This document shows, in pieces, positions 10,201-20,000 of a stretch of DNA of 20,000 bases. The position numbers and the translations under genes are program-made. Every line of letters starts with the position of its first letter. Position 1 is the first letter of the stretch. Below the pieces are notes generated by a model. It did not search any database, was not told the origin of the DNA, and saw nothing but the letters and a program-made list of their open reading frames with translations. Source of the DNA: Peribolospora baueri (taxonomy: Eukaryota); assembly GCA_029717555.1 (NCBI GenBank), contig JAMDHS010000001.1, forward strand, positions 666,431 through 686,430. Direction: 5' to 3'.

Positions 10201-12280
10201 AGGCGCTAGATACCGCCGCCACTGGCGCCGACATGGCGGTGCGCAACAGAGAAGGACGGACGGGGACCGTGTCGTCGGCAAAGTCGAACGCCCGGCCTTT
10301 GCCCTTGCGGTCGATAGAAGCAGGGCTAGGGAAGGCCGGAGGTGGTGTGAACGGCTCTGCCTTTGAGGTGCCTTGCTTCATCGCTGGCTCCTTCGACCTC
10401 TTCTCCTCTGAGGCGCTTGACGAATCCGCCCTGACATCAGCCTGTGCCGGACTACCATCGCCGCCGCTAGCCTCTTGCATCGGAGCGCCGCTCTTCCTTC
10501 GCAACAGCTTGTATGCGATCTTTGAGCTCGCGCTCATGCCCACACCAGCCCCCGAATCAGAGTCGCCGTCGCCAGCTCCACGGGTTAAGAAGCTGAGAGG
10601 ACGAGACGCCGATGAGGCTCTGCTGCTGCGCTGTCCCGACGAAGGAAGCGCGCCCGAGCTGCTGGCCATCGTAGCGCTCGTGCTCGCCGTATAGTCCGAG
10701 TCGGATCTTCCCCTACTGTCCGGCGCCGGCGCTTCTCCGCCAGTATTCCGTACACTGCTGTTCGTGCGGGAACTCGATCTGCTGCCCATGCCGAGCCGAC
10801 CGCGCAAAGCTCTGGCGAAGCTCCGGCACTCGTCGTCGGCGCTTCGAGCGCTGACAACGCTAGGCGCAGGGGAGATGGAAAAGTTGAGAGCGGAGCCCGA
10901 GTTGGAGGCTCGTACAAAGAGGGGGGAGCGGGATGTGGGCGAGGAAAGCTGTGAGGAAGTGCCAGAGCGAGGCCGGAAGATAAACGAGCGCGGACGAGAG
11001 CTCGAACTATCGGCATCAGAAGACAGACCACCGGGAAAGGCGAAAAGGGTACTGTGCTGCCGCGAGGAAGAGCCACCTTCTTGGGCAGATAGAGTGTCCT
11101 GTCCAGCGTCAGTCACCGTCGTGCTGGGGGTCAATCCGAAAGCGGCCGAGTTCGCTGGAGAGTTCTGGCCGACCGGAAGCGAAGGCAAGCGGAGAGGGAA
11201 AGCGCCCCTCGTTGCTTTAGCGTGCCGACGCTGCTGGTTCGGGGACAAGGGCTCGTCTGCTTCCTGAGGAGTCCGAGCAGAGGTTTTGGCGGCTCTGCGC
11301 AAAGGCTCGAGAGGCTGAACGACTCTGTTCAGCGAGGGGGTAGAAAGGTATCTCGCGCGGTCTCGAGCCGCGCGAAGGATCCAGCGGTGGCTCCGATGGG
11401 GACCTTGTCGGGCAGACGCCCCAGGATCAGGAACGCCTGGGAGCGTCTGGGTCTGTCCGGAGGGCCCTTCCGACGAGGGAGCGGCTGCCGCGTTGACATG
11501 GGCACCTGCACCTCTCTGCATCAAGGGAGCGCCTCTTTCAGCCGCCTCGCAATTCTCCGCAGCGTCGCCCGAGGAATGGGGTGAAGGGGGTGAAGCGGTT
11601 TCGCCTTCTTCGCAGTTCGCTTTCTGCGACGTCGCAGCCGACTCTGACACCTCCTCCTCGGCGCGCCCCGTTTCGTCGTCGATGCCGGGCGTATTGTCGC
11701 CGGCCATGGTGATCATGCCCGCTGCCTCGAAGCTCAAACTGCGCGTGTGCTCCCTGGCCTTTCCCTTCCCCTTGCCCTTGCCGTTTTCCACCTGTACCGC
11801 CTCAGCGCGACTCCTGGACGACTTGAAAGAGGTGGGAGACATGGAGAATTCGTTATCGGCTCCGCCCAAGATGCTGGCGCTCGTTCCCGCCGTCTCCGCG
11901 CTTCGCGCGCTGCCGATGCTGCCGACGGAAAAGGGAGCGCCGTAGCTCGTTGCTGCAGAGTATCTGCGGCGGCGAAACGCACCGCGATCCGCTGTGTCAT
12001 CCTCCTCCTCGTCCGTTGACGACGCCGCTGAGGAGACAGCGCCGAGGCTGCCGAGGCTGGCCCACGTGTTCTTGCGCGACCTGGGAGCGGCTTTGGCGTC
12101 CGCGTGCGCATCGGATCGCGACGAGGAAGGATTGTCTTTCCGAGAGCCGTTCAGCTCGGACGATGGGGAGGCGAGCGGAGAAACGGGGGACGTAGGGGAA
12201 GATGGCGTCGAGGAGAACATAAGGCCCATGTCGAGGGACGTGTCCTCCTGTGCAGACACGGTGGGTTGGCGGGGAGCCAT
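7227..12280 (-). CDS. F-box/leucine-rich-repeat (RNI-like, FBXL2/20-like) SCF substrate adaptor, ~1609 aa, with C-terminal CaaX. Exons 12280-9905, 9785-7896, 7790-7227
   Basis: F-box LFTNMLPREVRLYIL...ELVRLSR|VSTSFLSLCLDGQLW; cysteine-containing LRRs (IRTLDLRGMCNLT, LRTIDLEG, CPELISLDLS, LRNVCLSNCMRLTD); ECDEDK|VVLHSFWSWQSVD; ends RSCLIA*. Introns 9904-9786 (GTAAGT..TAG) and 7895-7791 (GTGGGA..CAG) are both phase 0. The N-terminal ~730 aa are Ser-rich and probably disordered. Confidence 0.9.
7429..7464. repeat. 3 x 12-bp tandem repeat GAGCCCAAGCCA within a degenerate 6-bp array (~7387-7476), encoding (SGLG)n in the F-box tail
   Basis: Direct reading of the sequence. Confidence 0.85.
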
Positions 12281-14229
12281 GGCTGTCTACGTAGAGGGAG
12301 GGTACAGAAAAGTTCCCAACCGCGACCGGCTGAGAGGATGACAGGTATTGGGGCGGTGGTGGTGGTGCCTAAGACGGGGTGTGGTGAAAGAGGGTGGCCG
12401 CTCGAGGTGTGATCGACGGCCTCACCGGCCGCGGCTCCGAGCGCCCATAGATCGATGGTGGTGTGGCTACGGAGGGTGGGTTGAGACTTATTTCAATGAT
12501 CCGGATCGAGGGGGCGTGGTGGGTGGATGAGTGATGGCGCCCCTGAGCGGTGGCGAGTAGATCAGTCAGTGAGAGAGGGAGAGCGCGGGGGCGTGATAAA
12601 TACTCCGTCGCGCGCTTATCGCTGCCCGTCCTCCACACGGATGCAACGGCCAACGGGGGTCGCTGGACCGCCAAGAGACCGCAAGGGGAGGCGTGATACG
12701 GAGAGCACGCGTGACCGTGCTGGGCGGGAGGAGGAGGAGGGGTGGAGAGAGAGAGGCGAGGCGGTGGAGAGGGAGAGAGAAAATGGCGGGTGGGGGATAT
12801 GATATGATATGGGACCTCGATCGAGATTGATCGTCATCGTGTGTGAGCTGCGATGGACGCGGATCCGGACGAGTCGAGTCGAGCCGAGTCGTCTGCGCGC
12901 GCGCACGTCGCTCGTCGCTCGCTCCTTCTCGAAGCTGTGTCGACACGACAGCAATCTCTTGTGCGCTGACAGAGACCGAGCTGCTCACGAGAGCCGTACA
13001 GACGTAACAACCATTCAAGCAGGTCCACTTCAGATGTACAAGGGCCAACGGCGTGGATGGAAACCGGTCCCCCCTTCCTTCGTTCTTTCGCCCGCTGCTT
13101 CTTGGGGCCGCACGAGGACGGGAACAAGGACAGCACCGCGACTCTATGAGTCTCCCAATCACGAATGGGGCACCACGGAGCGGCACGGGAGGCGGGGAGG
13201 TCACCGACGAGCGCAACAGCGAACAATCATATAAGCAACTCCTTTCCCGCTCCGGCTCGCTCTGCAGTGTGCCGCAGCGTCTCATCGTGCCTCCTTTCAG
13301 ACTCCCAGCGCGGTCCCGACTGTAACTGCTTGACACCGCCCGCAGTTCGTTCAAAAGCTTGTGACCATAGGAACCCACCGCCGGACGAAAGCGAAACCAT
13401 ACCGCAGTGGCAAGGAGCCGGGTGAGGTCGGTGTACGGGTCAATGTCTTGTCGTCGTAGCGGGGCCGAGTCGCGAGTATGGCACCGCCGTCGGGTCGGCT
13501 GGGTAGACTATTGGCTCGTCGCAGACAGACAAAAAGGAGGAAATAGAAGTAGACTGCGAGAGCCTGCGTTAGGGAGATCGAGAGAGCGCAGGGTAGGCGA
13601 CAAACAATAAGCAGAGCACAGGTCGTCACTAGTCCATCGCTTTCGTCCATCCACCGAACTCTTTTGAGGCGCCCTCCTCTGTCAACGAGATCGAGGGCGA
13701 CCTTACAATATTGTCGGGCTCATTGCCTCAGCCATGGACACGTTTGTGAAAAAGGCAGCCAGATGCTGGTAAAGAGGACCGGAGAGGGGTTAAGTTCCAT
13801 CCGTTCGGCGCGTTCGAGAAGACGTTTCGAACGTTTTCCAACGTTGGGGTGCAGCATCCTTTGAAAGCGTCTTGTACCTGCGGACGCTGAACACTCCAAG
13901 ACGGAAGCTCGCCGTATTCCCTGGAGCGTACAAGTGCGAGACATAGAATCGGTCCAATACGGCACCGCTGCCCCTTTCAAAACGTCGAGGGAGTCGTCGG
14001 TGGAGCGAAAGAAAGCGACGCGCGCGGATCGGATGGGATGGGCTCTTTGACGCGTGTTGCCGCAATCATCGCGTGGTCTTCGAGCTTGCTCAATCGTCGA
14101 GCACCTCTTTCTTACTCCCGGACGACGAGATAGGTACCACCCGCATCAAGTCGCCGCCCGTATCCGTCTCCAGTCTCGCTTTGGGCTTGCAGGCGCCGTC
14201 TTGGGGTATATCCGTCGAGCCGCCAGATA

Positions 14230-15560
14230 ATGCCACCCGGAGAGGTGAGCTGGACGGCGGTCCGTCTCCTCCCTACCAGCCGCAATGCAGAGGACACACG
14301 CGGTCCGGATGTGGGTGCACTCCTTCGGCGAGCATCCGTGGTTGTCGGGGCAGGTACACTGGCGGAGGGAGTGGGAGGAGGAAGCGCATCTAGCGCATCA
14401 CGGGGTGGCCGTGCAGTGGACGGCCGTGTGGTCTAATGAGCATCATCGATAACATTGGCGGACCGACTGCCTCGCCTTCTCGGCCAGTTTGAACTCGCTG
14501 GCGATGGCTACTCCGCGTTGTATCGCTCGGTTAGCAGACTCTTTGCTGCTGAAGGGGACTATCAGGCTCGACTTGGGGTGGGGATTGGGGCCAGTGGCGC
14601 GAGTCGGCACTGCCCACCGCGCTTTGACGATATCGCTGCGGGGGTAACCGTTGTCCGCAGCCACGTCACCCAGGCATTCCTCACTGTCGGGCACAAACGT
14701 CGTCGGCGTGGACGATTACCGGGTACAGGCGGGCCTTCAGACGGAGGTCGTCGCTGAGGGAGCTAACCCAGGCCTGGTCTGACGACAGCCGAGCAGCATC
14801 CTCTGCCTTGAGCAGGTGCACGACTATTTCCTTCGAGCGGGGGCGGACCGCAACTGCCGAGACAAGGATGTCCTCCCCGACCTTGGACTTGATCGCCACC
14901 TGGATGCGATGGCGGAGAACGGTGGGGGCAGTGTCGACGAGGACGGGTTTGCCTGGATGACGTTGCGCGAAGACGATCGCGGTGGACGGGGCGCCAGGAG
15001 TCGAAGTCGCAGTTGTGGACGCATAGTAGGAGAGCCCACCCCTGTCGGCGTCGGCGTATGATCTCCCGCTGGTTTGGGATGTGGTGGGGACACCAGAACC
15101 GTCTGGCGGGGTCGCCCGCCTCCTGAACGCGCGCTTCCCTGGCGTCGATGGTGTGCTGCAGGTGAGTCACCTGCGTCCCGAATTAGTTTAACTTAAGAAG
15201 TGAGGCTTTCACGTCGGTTTGGAGGACCTCCGTCCGGGCGGCAGTGGCAACATAAGCGGCAGCCACACTGGAGATCTGGCAGAGGAGGAGGTTGAGGGCG
15301 GTGAGGTCATCGACGTCGGCTTCTTGGACCTCGCCAGTATCGGCTGAAGGATCTTAACAGCTGAGAGGGCAAGTAAGCCAATGTCGTCGGGATTCGGTAC
15401 GAGCTGGCGCACCCTAGTGTTGGGGGTCGGAGGCGGTAGAGCCGGCGTGCGGTCAGGAGTGGGGGTGGGGGTCACATCGCGTGCGGCGCGCGCTCGCGTG
15501 GTGGTCGTGGTTGTAGGCGGCGCGCCGGGCAGAGACCCAGGACGCTGTGCCGGGGTGGCT
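14230..15560 (-). mobile_element. Degenerate non-LTR retrotransposon (Tad1/I-like LINE) ORF1 gag-like pseudogene; boundaries approximate
   Basis: Reconstructed across frameshifts: coiled-coil-like region, RSYADA, EIVVHL...LYPVIVH(frameshift)PTTFVPD, SSLIVPFSSKESANRAIQRGV, then knuckles CYR*CSLDHTAVHC and CARCASSSHSLRQC (CX2CX4HX4C) and a partial third CVLC...H. In-frame stops at 15185-15183, 14445-14443 and 14400-14398; about three frameshifts. Confidence 0.85.
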
Positions 15561-15945
15561 CAGGGGGGGGTCCGGAGGGTAAAGGAGCACAGGAGAGGGG
15601 GCTGGGAGAGCAAAAGACGACTTGAGCTTATGGTGAGGTTCTAGCTGATGGTGGTCGTCTCGATAGCGTTGACCCTCGTTCTTAATGAAAGGCACAGCCG
15701 CAGCCGCGTCAGGTTGATGATGATAGTCGGCTCCCGATCACCACCCGCTGTGTCGCAGCAGGCGGCATCCGCTTCAGGATGCGCAACGCGATCGGCTTTC
15801 GGCGTCTGCATGCGTACCCCCCTTCCCGTCTCACCTCCACCATCATCGTCACCATCATCCTCGATCTCTCTCGCTTCTCTTCCGCTCTCCTTTATCTCGA
15901 ATCCTCAATTTCTCCTTATAGACCGTGAATGATTTGCCGCCCGTA

Positions 15946-18900
15946 ATGAAGTGGGCCCGTCGTCACCGCCCCGCTCGTCGCTCCTGTCGGCGGCAGCAAC
16001 TGATGACGCCACTGCTACTGGTAGGTCTCCTCAGCACCTGCTTATCCGCCGCCTTCCTCTCCGCCGCCATCGACCCCAAAGCGGATTTGCAAGCGTCTTC
16101 ATTATCGGAAGATGTACCAGTGCACCACCAGTTTGTCTTTCAACTCGACAGTCTCCCCTCCGCTTCGGCGACTTCGCCCGTCGCCGACGACCTGGTCGGG
16201 TCATCACCGCCCGTGGACGACGATCCCCCATACATGACCTTGATCGATGTCCTTTCCGGGTCCAAGGAGCACTCGTTACTCGTGCGACTGTTACAGCGCA
16301 CCCGTCTTGTGCCGACTATTAACAAGCTCGAGCAAGCTACTTTTTTCGCACCTACCGACAAAGCCATTCGTCGCGCTGCTGATCGGGAAAGGGAGAGCGT
16401 TCGAACCCGGAGCCAAGGTCAAGAGGGTTTGTGGGTTCAAGCGATAAACTGGGCGGATGAGTCTTCGGAAATCTCTTATTGGGATGACCATGACAACATC
16501 GCAGAGCGCCTGCGCCAGACGCTTCTCTACCACATCCTCAACTACACCCTTCCGTACTCGCCGCTCAACTCTTCGTCCTCATCTGTCCTAGTGGACAAGC
16601 CTCGGCCTCCGCTTGCTCCCGCTGCGGACATGCATACTACTCTACACCTGCCATTCCTCTCCGATTCCCCTTCTCGACCCGGCCCCATTCCCTCGCCGCC
16701 TCCAGGCCACCGCATTCCCTCACCGGGAGATTTAGGAGGCCTACTTGCGGGCGACGGCCAGAAGGTACGCCTTTCTGGGCGACCAAAGTCGAGTGCAGTG
16801 GAGCAGGAGAAGCATAGGATGGGCGGAGACAAAGGCGGGGGCAAGATGGAGTGGTTCGTGGGTACGGATTGGAAGGGAGAGGAAGGCAGTCGTATTGCTT
16901 GGGAGGACTGGCAGGCGTTGTGGGGTAAAGGAGTAGTCGTTGCTGTGGACGATGTGCTCACCCTACCGGTCGATTTGGGTGAGTCGAGATATATTCAACT
17001 AGTAGTCTCTCTCTCTTTGGCGCTGACTACACGACCGCGGGACGTCGGCACCCTCCTATCTTTCAGCCAAGACGATATCTTCTCATCCTAACCTGGCCTT
17101 CATCAACTCACTCCTTCCCAACCATACCATCGCGACGCTCGCCACATCTCCACACCTCACGCTCTTCTTCCCATCAACGGATGCCTTCAACGCCCTCTCC
17201 TCCCTGGAGCGGAAGTATCTCGCTTTGGCTGGCGAGAACGAGATGGTAATGCAGGACGTCGTCAGGCTCGCTGCCATGCATGCCAGTGGATCGGGTGTAG
17301 ATCAACGTGGTCAAGTCGGCTACACTGAGAGATTGACTGACAAGGATGGAAAGGGACGACGTGAGTGCTGGGCCTAGCTGTTGTACGAGAAAACATAATT
17401 GACCCTTCTGTCGGCTTGATCTCATCCGCTCTTCTTGAATGTTAGTGACCACGATTCTCGGTGGAGATATAGAAATCGAGGAACGGGATGGATCCTTCAT
17501 CATCGACGGGGAGACCACGTTGGTGGAAGGTGATGTATTTGCGGAGAACGGTGAGTCTTTAGCGCTGACTCTGAGCTTTGCTACTCCCGTGACTCTCGCT
17601 GATCAGCGTCGCCTCACCATTTCGCATGCTATGCTCACCACGAGCAGGAGTCATCCATGTGGTCGACGCCCTCCTCACGCCTAGGCACGACTTGCAGATG
17701 ACTCTCGAGAAATATCTTCTAGCTCTCAATGCGACGCGCTTCGTCTCACTTTTCCACATGGCGGGTCTCTCTGATTACCTCGACTTCGATCCCGTCGGGT
17801 CCGGCTGTGGAGAGGGCGACTGCAAGGAGCATGCCGGGTACACCGTCCTCGCTTTCCGGGACGATGTAGTTGAAGCGGCTCAGAGGGAGGGCTCATGGCG
17901 GGCCCTGCCTCCGGACGGCAGTATGGAGATGGCGGACATGTTGAAGTATCACATCGTCCCTGGCAAGGTCACACCGGAAGACCTGGAAGACGGCATGTTA
18001 CTGGGCACTGAATTGGTGCGTCCTCGTGACGTCGATTTCAAGCAAGGCAGATCCGGGGTTCCCGGCGCTCATATGCTTCTGTTTTATCTGCAGCGCGACT
18101 GGCGGCTGAAGGAAGGCAGGCAGCGCCTCTTCGTAACCGTCGGCGACAGCAGCATGAAAGAACGAAAGGGCAATGGAGATGTGGGCTTTGGGGATGCGAA
18201 CGTCCTTGCCGAGCCCGGTAAGTCCGACACATATTCCTCTCAATTCTGCGAGTTCTAGGGACTGAATGATCATGATCCTTGACTTTGCATGCACAGCCGT
18301 CGTTGGAAACTCGGTCATCTACCTCATCTCTCAAATCCTTGAGCCGCCAGAGAACATGATCCAAACAGCAGTTTCTTCGCTCCCCTTGAGCACCTATGTT
18401 GCATCCGTCTTCTCCGCCGCCCTCTCCTCGACGTTCAAGCGCACGCCCGGCGTTACGTACCTAATTCCGCGCAATTCGGCTTTCTCCTCGCTCGGATTGA
18501 CTATGAGCTACCTTCTACTGTCGGAAGCGAAGGAAGAGCTGCGAGCGCTCGTGAAATATCACGCGATCGACGAGATCGTCTACATGGAGGACTGGAAACG
18601 GGACGGCAAGGTGGGCGCTGGGGCCGGTACTCCGTATCCGACACTGGAAGGCGAGGAGCTCTGGGTTCGTCGCAAGCGCAACGGCAGCGTGGAGGTGCTC
18701 GGTCCGAGTGGACATGTCTCTGACGCTCGGTGGGATGACATGGAAGGGGCGGCGGCCAGCGCTGGTGACAATTCGAGGACGCATCGAACGGCGAGGATCG
18801 TGCGAGGCGACATGCTCACTAGCACGGGCTGCATCCACGAGATCGATCGGGTGCAAATTCCGCCCAAGATGGACATCACTTTGGTATGCGCCCGAGTTTG

Positions 18901-19935
18901 ATCGTCCATCTCCGCTTGCCACTGCGTGCTTGCTGATGTTTTTTTTTTTCTCCGCTTCGGCAGGGCAAGCTGATGCGTGGCGCTAAAGCGTCGACCATGG
19001 CCGAGCTCGTGCGAGAGGCCGGCTATGGGTGGATCTTGGACGGTACCGATCCGCCTCCGACGAGCGAATCGTCCGCGCCGGAGGCGTCGAAGAAGAGGCG
19101 AAAGAACAAAAAGCTTCGAGAGCCACTCAAAGGCGGCGCTTATACCATCCTTACGCCCACCGATCAGGCGTTCACTCGCATCAACCTCACGCGGATCTTG
19201 GAGGATCGAGAGGCGCTAGAGGACCTCGTTCGATTGCACATCTTGCCTTTCGGGAGCGAGACCAGTTTATTGTTCGCCCGAAAGGAGGGCAAGGAGTCGG
19301 AACGGTGGTCTGTCTTTTTCTCTAAAGCGTCGAAGAAGGCGAATAACGCAGACGAGGATGACGAGGCGAGTGCTGCTCGGCCGCTCGGACCCGTTTATCC
19401 ACCCGCCAGTCCGCCACCGCCGCTCTTGCCGCTTTCGCTACACGATACGGTCTCTTTCCCCTCGCTCCTTTCGCGCTCTCAGGGAGGACCGAGTGGTTAT
19501 GGCGACATTGCCTTCCGACGGCTCGACAGCGCCGCGCTTGGCAACGACGCTGATTCGAGCGACGGCGGAGGCTGGCTGGTGGGTATCAAGAACGCCCGCG
19601 GCACGGACGGTTCGAGCGTGGCGGCCTCCATCATCGGCTTTGGTCGGGAAACGCGTCCGCGCGGGGGTCGCCCCACGGTCGACGGCGAGGTCGCGCGGAT
19701 GCCCGGGGACGGCGATCAAGGCACGGGGTACGAGGACCTGGGGGGGGTCCTGCTCACGTCAGCCGTGCTCCTGCCGTATGAGCCGAACTGGTTCTACCGG
19801 TGGGGGTGGATCGTCATCGTCGTTCTCCTTTTATGCACCGCCCTCGGGCTCGTCGGCGTGTGCGTGTGGCAGCTGTGGGTGAAGAAGAAGAGGGAAGGGC
19901 AAGCGTACCGTCCTTTGGAGGGAGAGGAGGACTAG
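15946..19935 (+). CDS. Multi-fasciclin (about five FAS1 domains) type I membrane protein, Fsc1-like, ~1160 aa. Exons 15946-16978, 17067-17360, 17446-17550, 17648-18015, 18094-18217, 18297-18883, 18964-19935 (alternative start 16003)
   Basis: Hydrophobic signal LLLVGLLSTCLSAAFLSA. Five H1-like motifs (TFFAPTDKAI, TLFFPSTDAF, YTVLAFRDD, TYLIPRNSAF, YTILTPTDQAF), YH motifs (LLYHIL, LKYHIV, VKYHAI) and H2 motifs (NGVIHVVDALL, GCIHEIDRV). C-terminal TM WIVIVVLLLCTALGLVGVCVW followed by KKKR and a short tail. Six GT-AG introns give a 3483-nt frame. Confidence 0.9.
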
Positions 19936-19954
19936 GCTGACGACGACGTTCGGA

Positions 19955-19958
<4 letters not shown>

Positions 19959-19986
<28 letters not shown>
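19959..19986. repeat. Poly(T)28 tract
   Basis: Direct reading; starts 24 nt after the FAS1 gene stop codon. Confidence 0.9.
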
Positions 19987-20000
19987 CGCGTAGAGACTAC

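Noticed and set aside
12369..13650. Several ORFs up to 270 aa upstream of the F-box gene
   Set aside because: Low-complexity translations of UTR/promoter-like purine tracts and pentamer repeats (GATAT, GAGTC); no domain signal.
14443..14445. TGA at a conserved Cys position of a zinc knuckle (selenocysteine or recoding?)
   Set aside because: The same relic has other stops and frameshifts, and the host genes use TGA as stop. Simple decay explains it.
15181..15209. AT-rich patch as a separate insertion or element terminus
   Set aside because: It reads in frame with the flanking coiled-coil-like gag sequence, so it is more likely mutated coding sequence.
1..20000. tRNA, rRNA, TPP riboswitch, CRISPR array or biosynthetic gene cluster
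   Set aside because: No convincing A/B-box cloverleaf, aptamer core, spaced repeats or backbone enzymes seen by eye. An Rfam/tRNAscan run would be needed to exclude small RNAs.

Overview
GC-rich, intron-containing eukaryotic DNA. The short GT-AG introns (GTGAGT/GTGAGC donors, CTGAC/CTAAT-like branch sites) and the gene content point to a fungus, probably a basidiomycete yeast (inference). I spliced five protein-coding genes by hand: (1) an Ima1-like inner nuclear membrane zinc-finger protein, minus strand, running off the left edge; (2) a divergent uncharacterised protein resembling a stand-alone CAP C-terminal beta-helix; (3) an 8-exon APC-family amino acid/GABA/polyamine permease, minus strand; (4) a ~1609-aa F-box/LRR protein ending in a CaaX box (CLIA), minus strand; (5) a 7-exon multi-fasciclin type I membrane protein resembling S. 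pombe Fsc1, plus strand. Between genes 4 and 5 lies a decayed non-LTR retrotransposon ORF1 (gag-like, CCHC knuckles, stops and frameshifts) with no recognisable reverse transcriptase. Most other ORFs in the track are GC-driven shadow ORFs. I see no clearly novel multi-gene system. The best leads are the CAP_C-like orphan, the possibly splice-switchable prenylated F-box protein and the ORF1-only LINE relic. All family assignments come from motif recognition, not database searches.
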